Positions 37,966 to 51,711 are shown, counted from the first letter of the stretch. The stretch: 64,000 nt of DNA from Octopus sinensis (GCF_006345805.1 NC_043003.1:61008001-61072000); one strand, 5' to 3'. Notes: generated from the sequence alone by a model not told the origin. Translations and numbers: made by a program.

Positions 37966-38584
37966 TTCTGTCAGGTCGTCGCCTTAAAAGACATCAGTCA
38001 CATTGCAACAGTAATTTGTTCAAAAGGAGTTGCCAAGATACAAGGAACGAAAAAAAAAAAATCTGCTTCCAGTCAATCCCATTTGACAAATGAGAAGAAA
38101 AAAAAACTGAATTCTCCAAGAAAATATTCTATGAGAATTGATTTGAAAAGACTGGCAGGCAAGAACTGAACAAAAGAATATTGAAGTTAACAAAAAAAAA
38201 ATTGTATACATTCCATCAATAATAAAATTATCTGAGTGGGAGTTTGTCGATAAGTAATTACTAATGTGAAACGTTATCTCCAGATAGATTTTGTCACACC
38301 AATTATTGAGGATTGCAAATGGAATCAACAAATCAAATGTGAAATTCTGTGGTCGACTATCAATAAAACAATGAAACAGTCATTAAGTACTTGACCTAAG
38401 GAATATTATAAGATAACTTGTTGAAATATAAATTAAATATTTTGTTATTTTTCTTAACGTGGGAATTCAGAGTAGATAAAGCGTGTAGGTACGAGCTCTA
38501 CAAAATCAAGGCAGCGTATATTTGGTCGCTCGACTCGCTAAAACTTAATAGCCAGTATTTGCACGTTATTATTTAGTGTTTTAA

Positions 38585-39200
38585 AGGCGGCAGAATCGTT
38601 AGTACGCCGGGTGAAATGCTGAGTCTGCCGCTATGTTCTGAGTTCAAATTCCGCTGAGGTCGACTTTGCCTTTCATCCTTTCGGGGTCGATTAAATAAGT
38701 ACCAGTTACGCACTGGGGTCGATATAATCGACTTAATCCGTTTGTCTGTCCTTGTTTGTCCTCTCTGTGTTTAGCCCCTTGTGGGTAGTAAAGAAATAGG
38801 TATTTCGTCTGCCGCTACATTCTGAGTTCAAATTCCACCGAGGTCGACTTTGCCTTTCATCCTTTCGGGGTCGATAAATTAAGTACCAGTTACGTACTGG
38901 GGTCGATCTAATCGACTGGATCCCCTCCCCCAAAATTTCAGGCCTTGTGCCTATAGTAGAAAATATTATTTAGTGTTTTATTAGGGGGGCGGGCTGGTTG
39001 AATCGTTCCTGTGCCGGACAAAGAAGCTTAATGGTATTTCTTCCGACTCTTTACATCCTGAATTCAAATACCACCGTGATTGTCTTTACTTTTCATCCTC
39101 TCGTGGTCGAAAAAATAAGTTCTAGTTGAGCACCTGGATGGATGTAATCGACTCCCACCCCCAATGTCATGCTTTGTGTCTATGGTGGAAAGGATTATTT
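38585..39200 (+). mobile_element. SINE B (double body) plus an older copy
   Basis: aaggcggcagaatcgttag...aaagaaatag|gtatttc...ggccttgtgcc. Confidence 0.9.
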
Positions 39201-39959
39201 ATAGCTTTATCTATTTCGAGCTCTACCGTTGGTTGTAAAAGGGGTATTACTTTACGTCACTTGAAGTTTTAAAATTCTTATTACGTAAATAATTTAAATT
39301 AATTTAACTCACGCAGTTAACCATCCGATACCCCCGATTTTAATTTTTATTAGCATTAAAGGGAGATTAGGACAATGTATAATGCTTTGTTTAAGGGAAC
39401 AACGTAAACTAAGAGAGCTTAATACTCGACAGTTAAAATATTGTTGGGGGTAATGGTTATTGAATGTCTGTTATTCGGAAGATCTTTGTGTGCGACATGG
39501 AGGCCTCGTTCTTCACGCATGAGCACTATAGTAACAAAGGAGAATCCGTTTGATCGCTCGATCTGTTAAAAATTAATGACCATATCGCTTTCAGATCGAA
39601 CTACGGTGTTTTTAAAAGAAAACACATTATATAGTGTAGTTCGCGAAATGTGCAAAAGAATAAAATATTTATGACTGGAATAACTTCGATAAAATTACTT
39701 AATACTAAACAACTAGCATGTATCTTGTACTTTAAAGACTATTACTAATTATCCAAGATTAAAGTCATTCTTGTTTGGCTCCAAGTCGGCCCGGGATGAG
39801 CAGACTTATTGTCAAAAGAACTTTGATTATGACCATCGAGTAGGTCTTTGAAGAATTGTGAATATCCAATTACAGTTGAGAGTGTTTGAGTTGAGGGAGA
39901 TTTTTTTCTATTAGTTCAAATGTCTCCATAGAAGCTCCTTCATTGATTAAGACACACCC

Positions 39960-40230
39960 TAGTCTCCCTGCGTATAAAGTGGGGTATATTTTCGTGTTGA
40001 AATAAATACCCAAAAGAGAGTACAGACAAAATAAGGACGCTTTTGTTGAAGCTACTACTAAGTGCGTGAGATTAAATTAACACGTCACTAAGGTCGGAGA
40101 AGGATCTGTAAACACTTCCGATTTGGATTATCAACAATACGGATGGAACCAAGAAATAGGTCACCTTATTAAAAGATCTTCATACCAGACGTGGTCGAAA
40201 GATTTACTGGATGTCAATAACAGCAGCTTA
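39960..40230 (-). pseudogene. Ancient LINE RT fragment (Jockey/CR1-like)
   Basis: SKSFDHVWYEDLL resembles SKAFDRVWH.GLL; faint QGS and YA traces follow. Confidence 0.5.
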
Positions 40231-40542
40231 GCTTTCAACAAATTTTTTTAAAACAAGAAACAATCATTTCTCCATGACACGAAAATGAAGGTCATTTTTT
40301 AATCGTTCAGAAATTATATTGGTGCTCTTTGAGAATCACTGATAAAGAATAATTATCAAAAGGATCATAACACATCATTTCTGACGCACATTTCCAGCAA
40401 TATTGCAAACTAAAGCGGTTTGTTTGTTTACGAAATAAGGTAAAAAAGGAAGTACGCATTTAGGAAAGTTTGTAACATATCTTTACCGTATAATATCCAG
40501 AACACATTCTTATACGATCCTCTTGTTGATCGTTTATGACGG

Positions 40543-40621
40543 AAGCAAATACGTAAAGCAAATACGTAAAGCAAATACGTACATACGTAAAGCAAATCCG
40601 CAAAGAAGCAAATACGTAAAG
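40543..40621. repeat. 13-bp minisatellite (AAGCAAATACGTA), about 5 units
   Basis: Direct read. Confidence 0.85.
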
Positions 40622-40684
40622 ATGTAATTCACTTTACACTTTTTACAACGTATATACATATATATATATTTGTGTGTGTGTGGG

Positions 40685-41105
40685 TGTGGAGGTGCAATGG
40701 CCAAGTGATTAGGGCAGCGGACTCGGCAATGGCCCAGTGATTAGGGCAGCAGGCTCGCGGTCATTGAATTTAGATTCCCAGACCGGGTGTTGTTAGTGTT
40801 TATTGAACGAAAACACCTAAGGCTCCACGAAGCTCCAGCAGGGTTGTGTGTGTGTGTCAAATTCTACTGTATTCTTTCGCCACAACTTTCACTTACTCTT
40901 TCTTCCTGTTTCTGTTGTACCTGTATTTCAAAGGGGCCAGCCTTGTCACACTCTGTATCACGCTGAATCTCCCCCGAGAACTACGTTAAGGGTACACGTG
41001 TATGTGGAATGCTCAGCCACTTGCACGTTAATTTCACGAGACGAGCAGGCTGTTGCATTGGTCATATCAACTGGAGCCCTCGTCGTCGTAACCGACGGCT
41101 GCCAC
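40685..41105 (+). mobile_element. SINE D, with duplicated A-box segment
   Basis: ggaggtgcaatggccaagtg...gattcccagaccggg...ctgaatctccccgagaac...accgacgg; related to 54775-55020. Confidence 0.85.
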
Positions 41106-41868
41106 GATATATATATACTAGCTACGGCGGTACACATTCTAAAATTGGAACGATACGGAGAAATTTAGCATGACTTCTGCGCAAGGATGACACGCAAATT
41201 CGTGAAGCGTTCCATATTTTTAAACGGCAGTGCATCAGCATGGCCGCAGCTATGACCTGAAACTACCAGTAATATACATACATACATACATACAAACATA
41301 CATACATATATATATATATATACACGATCACTACACACTAAAGTAAGGCAACAGATTAAGAAAATCGTTAGAGTTTCAGGCAAAATGACTAGTAGTCCTC
41401 ATTTACGGCTAATAGTTGCGATATTTAGTTGCGAATAGAGATACAATCTCGTTGATATTCGCCTTAGAGAGTAAAATACTGAACTTCCCCACTTAAATGA
41501 ATAAATAAATAACAACTAAACAAACGTATTTATCTCTAATCATGCGTTGCTAGATACATCTAATCACCGAACAGTCCAAATAATTGACTACGTAAACGCA
41601 ATCGCGCATAGATGAGTAACATTAAACTAACAACAGCAGCAACAACATGCAGCTCGTTATGTAAAATATACAATTTCACTATAATTCACTACGCTAGACA
41701 AACATCTAACACTATTATACAAAGTTAATTATAGATACATTAGGCTGCGAAAATAATTGACATTCAGAAAAAATGAGGGAAGTGAAACGAGAATGATAAA
41801 TATATCGAAATAATATGTATATATATATATATATAATATATATATATATACACACACACATTATATGC

Positions 41869-41943
<75 letters not shown>

Positions 41944-41945
41944 TA

Positions 41946-42650
41946 CAGGCTGCGATGGGCAAATTATCGTCATTCGATATTTTTTTATTTAACGCATGTG
42001 CACTGTTTGTTTTTGATTTTGTTGACTACACAGTATAGCAGGGGCAGTTGGGCACCGTCTGTGAGAAAAAACCGAAAGTGATGAAAATCAAACTTCCAAT
42101 CCGCAGCGTGATGTTTGGAGTGATCGCTTGTGATGACGACATCCTGCTTCCATTCATTTTCCCACACGGCCTCACTCTCAACACGGAGGTCTACATCAAG
42201 TGCCTGGCGGAGTTAGTGTTGCCCTGGGTCAAAAGGGTTGCTGCTGAAAGACCCTATGTCTGGTGATAGGACTCTGCATCATCATACACAAGCAGGAGAA
42301 CTCAGTCATGGCTGTCAGACAATTTCTGCGACCACATTACCCCTAACATCTGGCCACTTAACTCGCCAGACTGCAACCCCCTTAATTATTATTACGTGTG
42401 AGGCGCAGTTGGACGAGAGACGAACAAAGCTCTTTGTAATATCAAAGATGAAATGAAAGCAAGGGTTTTGGCACCATTCACCAACTTAAGCAAGGAGACC
42501 GTCTAGAAGAGTTGCAGAAGATTCTAAAGTCGTCTGGAGGTCGTGGTTGAAGGCAATGGCTATTTTATTGAATGAATTTACTCTTTAGTATTACAAGATA
42601 TTTTTATGTAATTTTGATAATTATATCTGTTAAAATGAGACGTAATTTAG
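41946..42650 (+). pseudogene. Tc1/mariner DD37D (maT-like) transposase C-terminal remnant
   Basis: VMFGVI...FIFPHGL.LNTEVY...W*QDSA...WPLNSPDCNPLN; 37 residues separate the second D from the (mutated) third acidic position. Confidence 0.85.
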
Positions 42651-42683
42651 AGGACAGTTTCTTCATCATATCATATATATATA

Positions 42684-42929
42684 TGTAAATTCAGTCGGAA
42701 GGAAAGAATCATTCACTTTGCTTTCGCTAGAATTCATTTAATTTTCATTAATCTTAGACTTCTAAGTAATAACTCTACACATCTCTTATATATATATATA
42801 TATATATAATATATATATATATATAAGAGATGTGTAGAGTTATTACTTAGAAGTCTAAGATTAATGAAAATTAAATGAATTCTAGCGAAAAGCAAAGTGA
42901 ATGATTCTTTCCTTCCGACTGAATTTACA
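42684..42929. repeat. Inverted duplication (about 105-bp arms, one indel) centred on (TA)n
   Basis: 42684-42790 versus 42822-42929. Confidence 0.92.
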
Positions 42930-44892
42930 AGAAATATAACTGAAAACAGAGGCGTGACTGGATTTCAAAATGTCTTTACTGTAATTAAAGTATATGATAA
43001 GTGCTATTATGCAGAATGTAAGTGTATTAGACGAATTCTCAAGACAGTTAAAGCTAATTCATTTTGGTTCTCTCTTTCATGATATTGGTGGAAAAATAAT
43101 TAAGTAGCAGTCAAGTAGCGGGGTGATGTGATCGACTGGTGATCTGTACCAAAATAAACCAGAACCACAAAGGTAGGCGAGGTTAAGTCCACTCCGACAC
43201 ACCGACGGTGAGGCTCTAATGGCAGGTGAAGTGGCACACCGGTTGGAGTACACTTCCATCGATATCATCTTTCCTTAGAAATCCTTTCATCAAATCAAGT
43301 CTTTCTAGACACACGCAGTTTCATTCTCTAAAAGGGACAGTGGAAACGAGACAAAGAGCGAAGAGAGAACTTCAATCTCTGATAGTCTCACGTGTTGCAA
43401 GAGGACTTGAAGTTATAAATCAATTTCTTCACTCTACGTCAAGTTTTAATGAATGGACATATTTCATATTCTGAACTAAAATTTACCGATCTGTCGAAAT
43501 CGTATGTCACACACAAACACACACACACACATACACACACACAAACACACACGCACGCACGCACGCATACGTGTGTGCGTCTCCATGACAACACCCAACC
43601 ATATACCACACATAAGGCTCTATAGAAACCGAACGAACTGAACTGGGAAATTCTGCTTCACCTACCGTACTCTCAAAATCTGTCTACAACCAACTATTTG
43701 TCAAACATCTCAATAACTTCTCAGAAAAGTCTTCATTAACGAAGCAACAACTCAAAACTTCTTTGATGAATTAATCGCTTTCAGGAATTTAGAATTCCAG
43801 TCTACTGGAATAGACAGATTTCTTGTCATAATTGTGTAGAATCTAATGATTATTATTAGTTCTAAGGGTATTGGCAGAATCGTTTGAGCGTCAGAAACAA
43901 TGCCTTGCGGTACTCCTTCCGAGATGAAAGACAAAGTTTACCTTGGGGGAACTTGAATTCTTCCAGAGACACTTTCACCTTTCATCCTTCTATGACCGTT
44001 GAAATAAGCACTTCGGCCGATGGTATCTTCTACTCACTTCCTTTGATACTATTTGCCTTGTGATTAAATTAAGAACAATTATTTATTCTTAACGGAGGCA
44101 CATAGCTCTGAGGTGACGGTTAAAAACCGCAATTATCTTTCGACCAGCCTAATACATTTAACATTTCCTGTCACTTGTTTATATTTCTATATAATTACTG
44201 TACTAAAATAATTCCTATATAATTTGTCATTGGTCCATTGTCGAAGTTTGCTCTCATTAACTAGAATTTTAATGTATACCATATAGTTTATGTCTTCAGC
44301 AGCAATTATTGTTGGCTGTTTCTCTGACAAAACCTTTATTAAATCACTTCTTATGAACATAAATACACACCAACCAGATCTAATTGAATCAATTTAACGT
44401 CTATTTAATGCTCACTAGTAAGTAATGAGTCTCTGTAATTAAGATTACGTGACCTTTTAAAAATCAAAAAGACTACATTTTGAATAGTTGATTATTATAA
44501 TCGAAGTATATAAATTATAGTCCATAGTTTTTTATTCATAAAATACTATTTATTATTCTCAATTTATATCAATAAGCAGGTCAGGAAGTGTAAGATCACA
44601 AGATGGGCAAATGTTGTAACAGAAATGTAGATACTTATAATTTTTCTTGTTAAACATTAAACTGAAAATTACATTTAACAGAAATTGCTCAATCAGTGAC
44701 ATGTGAATGTTTCTAATGGCAAATTGATATCGTAAACCATTAGAGATAATTACGACACTCATTTCGTATTCTTGTTAATAGATTATTCTCTCTAAATAAG
44801 AGTTGATAGCCACTGTATATTTGGCATTCGCACACGTAATATTATAAAATGGTATGTAGTTATCAATGAAATTGTAATCTTATTGATACAGA

Positions 44893-45233
44893 CGCAGGCG
44901 TGGCTGTGAAGTAAGAAGCTTGCTTTTCAACCACATGGTTTCAGGTTCAATCCCATATCGTTGTACCTTCGACAAGTGTCTTCTACTGTGGCCTCGGGCC
45001 AACCAAAGCCTTGTGAGTGGATTTGGTAGGCGGAAACTGAAAGAAGCCCGTCATATACATATACATATACATACATAAAATAAAGATGTATTATTACCGT
45101 TATTAATGGTATTAACAAGGTAATAAAATATCACAATATAAGGCAAATTTAGATTCAGTAGGGTATACTCACTGATGTATCCAACGCAAAGGTAAGCCTA
45201 TTTTTAATCTGAATCTATCTATCTATCTATCTA

Positions 45234-45283
<50 letters not shown>

Positions 45284-45510
45284 TATGTATGTATGTGTGT
45301 GTGTGTGTATGTGCCTGTGGTTTTCCCCTCACCATCGCTTGACAACTGATGTTGGCGTGTTTACGTCCCCGTAACTTAGCGGTTCGGTAAAAGAGACCGA
45401 TAGAATAAGTAGAAGGTTTACAAAGAAAAACTCGTGGGATCGATTTTTTTCGACTAAAGGCTGCTTCTGCATGGCCGTAGTCAAATGAGTGAAACAAGTA
45501 AAAAGCATCT
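44893..45510 (+). mobile_element. SINE A interrupted by about 145 bp of unrelated sequence at its microsatellite
   Basis: Head 44893-45075, tail 45220-45510. Confidence 0.8.
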
Positions 45511-46216
45511 GAAAAGCATGGTTGAGCGGTTTAGAAGGATTTTTTTTTTGCAATCATGAGGACTATGTTCGGGTTCGATTCCCATATACCACTATCTTGA
45601 GTAAAGGCCTTTTGCTACACACTCCAGTCAACCAAAGCCGTCTGAGTGGAACGGAGTGGAAAATGAAATTGTAGATGGATTTTGCCTGTAATTCATTGAT
45701 CCAGCCTCGTCACAGATTATATCACTCTGAGCTAGACCAAGAATTATGGTAAAGATAAAGGTGACTGTGTGATACTCAATTACTTGTTAATTTAAGGTGT
45801 AGACAGTTTACCACGAATCGAATAGCTTATATAATAATGGTATAAGGAGGAAAGTGTGTTAAGAATTGAAAGCGTAAGTAATTCAATATGGACTGAATAT
45901 AATATAATAATGAAAATTCAGAGATATGCTGTATAACTGGTGTTGGGATATGCTACACAACAAACATAGCTGAACTGCAATAGTTATCCTATTTGAGACT
46001 GAATTTAAAACTATGGCTGATCTTAGCAGTTGAGGATAACTTGGCATCAGTATGTACTATGGAATCGTTAATTGCTTTAATTAGCCAAACACCATCACAG
46101 ACTACCATCCTTGATTCTCATAATCCAACAATCGAGAGGAGAGAGCTGTATCCACACAGTGCTAGAATTTTATAGAGAACGATATCTTCAAATATCAGGA
46201 TCTTAAATTGCCGGTG

Positions 46217-46473
46217 AGTGGAGGCACATGGCCTAGTGGTTAGAGCAGCGGACTCGCGGTCGAGGGAATGTATTCTATGGGAGCAGGAGTGGCTGTGTGG
46301 TAAGTAGCTTGCTTACCAACCACATGGTTACGAGTTCAGTCCCACTGCGTAGCACCTTGGGCAAGTGTCTTCTACTATAGCCTCGGGAAGACCAAAGCCT
46401 TGTGTGTGTGTGGATTTGGCCGACGGAAACTGAAAGAAGCCCGTCGTATATATATGTGTGTGTGTACATATAT

Positions 46474-46520
<47 letters not shown>

Positions 46521-46715
46521 GTCTGTGTTTGTCCCCTCATCTTCGCTTGACAACCGATGTTAGTGTGTTTACGTTCCCGTAACTTGGCAGTTTGGCAAAA
46601 AAAAACGATAGAATAAGTACTAGGCTTACAAAGAATAACTCCTGGGGTTGATTTATTCGACTAAAAGCAGTGCCCCAGCATGGCCACAGTCAACTTACTG
46701 AAACAAATAAATGAA
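46217..46715 (+). mobile_element. SINE D head fragment followed by full SINE A (46284-46715)
   Basis: ggaggcacatggcctagtggttagagc; ggagcaggagtggctgtgtgg...gaataaaagaata. Confidence 0.9.
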
Positions 46716-46745
46716 TAAAAGAATACAAGATAAAATATTTCTTAC

Positions 46746-47567
46746 CTTGATCTCCTTTGGCTTTTTGAGCAGCCAAACCCAGATCCTGGCACAAAGGTAG
46801 GGTGATCCTTCGACATTTGTTAGGACTAGTGTCTGGTGCAAGTAGATCATTCCCTCTAACCATTGGTACATCGTAGGTACTAGAGCGAAATACTGGCGTT
46901 ACGTCGAGTGTTCGAACACGTGTAGGAGTCAAACTCACTGAGCGGAATTTATTTTTCTTGTCATCAGCAGACGATTTTTTTATGCTGTAATCATTTGCTT
47001 CCAGTGTTTTAGCTTTGTCATTTCCCTGTATATCAACCTTACTCTCTGAGGTTAAGCTGTTTGACGAACTGCTGTAGCAGACTGCATCCTGCCGTTGTAT
47101 CTTATTGTGGCTGTCACTTCTTTTCTCGGTAAGTTTCTCGCTCTTCTTCTCATCGCACACTACGTCTTCTTTACGAATTGGCTTACGTTTAACATTATTC
47201 TCTTGTTGTTTTCTACTGCTAACGGACGAAGCTGAAAGAGTGCGAGATCGTGCCGAGCGGCGATATGGCTCTTCGGGAGGGTTTACAATAATTTCAGGAA
47301 TTTCTCGATCGAATTCAGATCGATTACGAAGAACAGACCGACGACGAAATTTGCGATCGAGTCTTTTTTCCTTCGCATTTTCCTTTCCGTTTCGAATTGT
47401 TCTGTGTCCCCTGACGCTTCTTCGTCTCTATATTCACAGGTATATCCCGTTGGCAAACTCCGAGCACGATAGGATCTGCGATTAACCGGGTTCTGGGCAA
47501 CGTTCGGTTGACCTTCTGTTTCAACAGCTGATCGGAAAACATCAGATGACACATCTGTCAAAGTATC
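46746..47567 (-). CDS. Internal coding exon of an unidentified gene; charged/Ser-rich, probably disordered; one-base frameshift at the A6 run (47364-47369)
   Basis: Acceptor ttttgtttttaag|GAT, donor CAAG|gtaag. DTLTDVSSDVFRS...MRRKK then, with one A restored, RLDRKFRRRSV...RRITLPLCQDLGLAAQKAKGDQ, stop-free over 274 codons. Confidence 0.8.
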
Positions 47568-47663
47568 CTTAAAAACAAAAGGTAAGAAAAACTCATCATC
47601 ATCATCATCATCATCATCAATAACAACCAAACAATAACAAAACTTATCAACTATTATAGTCGC

Positions 47664-48101
<438 letters not shown>

Positions 48102-48904
48102 GAATAGTCACGTGTACATTTGCCAATGTGCTGCTAGTCGCTCTTAAGAATTTTTACAGTTTAATACAACCGCTGGTTATTTTTTTACCCTTAGCTCATC
48201 CTCGGCCCATGATTATATTTGCAGCTGGTATTCTTATTCCATACTCAGTAACAAATGGAAAGAGGTTTAAAATAATGACTTATTCAACGGCTAAATGTTG
48301 TTGCTCCGCATCAAACGTGCCATTAATATCACGTATACATCTTACTAAACGTGGATCGGAGGCACTATACTTAATGCAGTGAACTGGGGATAGATTTTAA
48401 TCGAATAAAATCATAATTTCAATGAGAGTAAAATTCATTTACCCAAATGAAAGTTACAGACAAAAGGAGAAGGGAGAGAATTTGCTATCTCTGTACTATG
48501 AAGACAAATCTGAACGTGTTTCGATCGTATGTATCATTGTGCGTATGCGCAGGCAGATTAATATTCTTCGCTTATATCCATTTTTGTTTCTTAATACAGT
48601 TATAAGCCATCTATTGAGGCGAAAGCCGAAAATTACGCTTTTGCTATCTTATGGAAAAATATTTTAGACTTTTTTTTTATACCTAGCCTCATCTAGATAA
48701 TATTTGATATTTCTTTTTCTCTTTTTTTATGGAAAATATATTTGAGAACGAATATTATGGCTTATCAAATTACATCAAAATTAAGGAAGACATGGATCTT
48801 TGGTTAAGAAGCTCACTTTGCGACCATGTAGCTTCGTGTTCAGTTCCGCCGCACGGCAACTTGAGCAAGAGTCTATCATGGCCACGGGCCTATTGAGGTC
48901 TTGA

Positions 48905-49200
48905 GAGTGTGTCTGGTGTCTTCCAGTTTGACAAGGACAAAAGAAACCTGTCCATATGCTTGCAATTACTAAACAGTTCCGATCTGGGATTAAGCAGTGT
49001 AGGGAAAATCATGGAACAAAAAGGAATATGCGATCTTCCAGCTATGCATAAGTTACATTTCTTAGATCCATTAGCATAGGCATTGGATTTCCCTACCATT
49101 CTCCACTTGATAGTATGTGGTACTTGATAGTATATGGTACTTGATAGTATGTGGTACTCAACGATTCTCCACATGATAGTATCTGGTCTTCACATCACCA
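48905..49200 (-). pseudogene. PLE GIY-YIG C-terminal fragment; includes a 17-bp x3 tandem at 49105-49158
   Basis: IKWRMV...YANGSKKCNLC....LLNPRSELFSNCKH..RFLL. Confidence 0.75.
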
Positions 49201-49204
49201 GAAG

Positions 49205-49710
49205 ATCATGGTTACTGATCAAGGATACTCCTATTGAATCCAGCCAGATGGTGCGTCTAGATGTGATAAGCGTGTTCACCAAATTCCCAACAAGTGAAGC
49301 ACTATACAAGAAAAACTAGTGACAGACACCCATCTAAAAGAACGCATTAATATACCAATAAGAAACTTCATGGAAATGTTGACCTTCTGTGTAGAAACTA
49401 CCTACTTCAGTATGGACACTGATATATATCGATAAGGGGAGCGTTTAGCTATAGGTTCGCCATTATCACCGGTAATAGCCAATATACACATGGAATACTT
49501 TGAGAATTTGGCTTTAGGATCAACACCACTAAAACCAACACTAAGGCTACGATATGATGATGACACTTTTATACTCTGGCCCCACCAAGAAGATGTCCAA
49601 GTACTGTTAGATCATGTGAACTCAATAAAACCATCCATACAGTTCACAATGGAAGAGGAAAAAGACAATCAGATGGCATTCCTGGACGTATTAATAACAC
49701 TGGAGGATAC
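49205..49710 (+). pseudogene. PLE reverse transcriptase fragment
   Basis: LDVISVFTKFP, LAIGSPLSPVIANIHMEYFE, RYDDDTF, NSIKPSIQFTMEEE...FLDVLI. Confidence 0.88.
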
Positions 49711-49977
49711 CTTAACTTCAATTAATAATAATACGAAACAACCATAATCCTAAGGATGGTAAGTGGTTAAATAAATATATTCACATCCCATACCACCTGA
49801 CGTTTTATAGTTTATATACTCATAAGATAAGTTCATCGATTAGATGCCCTGAATTTCAAATGCATGGAACTCTGCATCTTACTCCTCTGTATTGGATTTC
49901 CATGTGGTCTGCTAGACGAGTCCATTAGAGGAGCTTTCTGTGATAGTAGCACGATTCTATAAACCCATAAATTACAC

Positions 49978-50018
<41 letters not shown>

Positions 50019-50883
50019 ATACGCACACACATATGTATGTATGTATGTTTGTATGTAACGGGTCCTCGTACAGTTTCCGCCTAGCAAATTCAATCACAAG
50101 GCAACTGTCGGCCCGGGGTTATAGTAGAAGTCACTTACCCACGATGCCGCGCAGTGGGCGTGGACAGGTAATCATGTGACAACAAAGTGAGTCCCTTCAA
50201 CACACACAGACACACACGCGTATGTGTGTGTGTGTGTGTGTGTGATCAGCTCTATTAAGACATCACCTACTTATTTGTTTTATAATATGAATAGACAAGA
50301 CCTTAAATGCATAAATAAACCTCACTGCATTTCTTATAATAACGCACAATCAAACAATAACATCAGCTCGTTCTACTTCTTCAACCACACCTTTATCGAC
50401 GTTGCCTTCTCCGCCTCCAACACTCTCACTTAACACGTATGTAAATACAGCGATTAATAAAAAAAAAAGCCTTTCACCAAATAAGCCATGCAATGCATTT
50501 ATTTACTTAAATTACATGTGTTACTCTCTATCTTTCCTCCCACTACACCTCTATCAATGCTTCCTCTTTTCCCAAATATACTTATCTCAGTACAATTTCT
50601 AATCCTCCTTTATTACTGTGATAAATCTTGTTAAGAGGAAAACAAATTACATTTATAGCATTGGAATTTTTTTACATATATATATATATATATACAAAGG
50701 AAAGCTTCTCAAACCCTTGTATGGCTGTGTTGTTAAGACGTTCCCTTCGCAACTACATGGTTTCTGTTCCGTTTTACTTTGCGGTTCTTTGGGCAAGCAT
50801 CTTCTAATATAGGCCCTGACCGACCAATATTTTGAAAACCGATGTGATGGGAAGAATTTATATAGAAGCTCTTGATTTCACAC

Positions 50884-50924
<41 letters not shown>

Positions 50925-51390
50925 GTAATCGACTTGATCTATTTGTCTGCCATTGTTTGTCCCCTCTGTGTTTAGCCCCTTGTGTGTAGTAAAGAAATAG
51001 GTATTTCGTCTGTTTCTACATTTTGAGTTCAAATTCCTGCCAAGGTCATCTTTGCCTTTCATCCTTTCGGGATCGATAAAATAAATATCAGTTGATCACT
51101 AGGGTCGATGTAATAGACTTACCTCTTCCGGTCGAACAAAATTTTGAAACCGTTATTTATCGTTTTATTAGAAAGCGACAAGCTGGCGGCATCGTTATAA
51201 CGCCGGACAAAATTTCTTAGCGGCATTTCGTCTGTCTTTAAGTCCTGATTTCAAATTCCGCCGCAGCCCACTTTACTTGTCATTTTTTCGAGGTCGATAA
51301 AATAAATACCTGTTGAATTCTGGAGTCGATATAATCGATTAGCACCCACCTTCAAAATTTTAGGCCTTGTGCATGTAGTAGAAAGAATTA
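50925..51390 (+). mobile_element. Diverged SINE B copies
   Basis: Tail/body junction aaagaaatag|gtatttc at 51000; second head near 51175. Confidence 0.8.
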
Positions 51391-51487
51391 TTCATAGCTT
51401 AATATGAGCCACGAGAGCCACTATTTAAAAAATGAGATTCACATTATTTACATTTGACGGATATTTGTTCTCATCTTGTTTGTTGTT

Positions 51488-51533
51488 AACACAACGTTTC
51501 GGCTGATATACCCTCCAGTCTTCATCAGGTATC
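51488..51533 (-). ncRNA. Hammerhead ribozyme (left arm)
   Basis: GATAC-CTGATGA-A-GACTG gagggtatat CAGCC-GAA-ACGT-T-GTGTT. Confidence 0.78.
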
Positions 51534-51592
51534 ATGGGGAAATTTCGAACCTGGGTTCTCATTTCTTAGGTATTATTCGATATTATTATTAT

Positions 51593-51630
<38 letters not shown>

Positions 51631-51634
51631 ATAT

Positions 51635-51711
51635 TCAGGTCATTGCCTGGAATCGAACTTGGAATCTTGGGGTTAGTAGCCCACGCTCTTAACCACTACG
51701 TCATATGCCCG
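51635..51711 (-). promoter_or_regulatory. tRNA-derived internal Pol III promoter (SINE-type head, not a functional tRNA)
   Basis: A box TGACGTAGTGG (51703-51693), B box GTTCGATTCC (51658-51649); T-stem does not pair. Confidence 0.78.

Noticed and set aside
42790-42900. Hammerhead search in the TA-centred palindrome
   Set aside because: GAAA is present but there is no compatible core or stems.
43740-43850. Open frame KVFINEATTQNFFDELIAFRNLEF
   Set aside because: Bounded by stops with no splice sites in phase.
51635-51711. Functional tRNA gene; TACTAAC branch-point-like loop
   Set aside because: T-stem and acceptor stem do not pair; the TACTAAC match is a 7-mer in a SINE head and probably coincidental.
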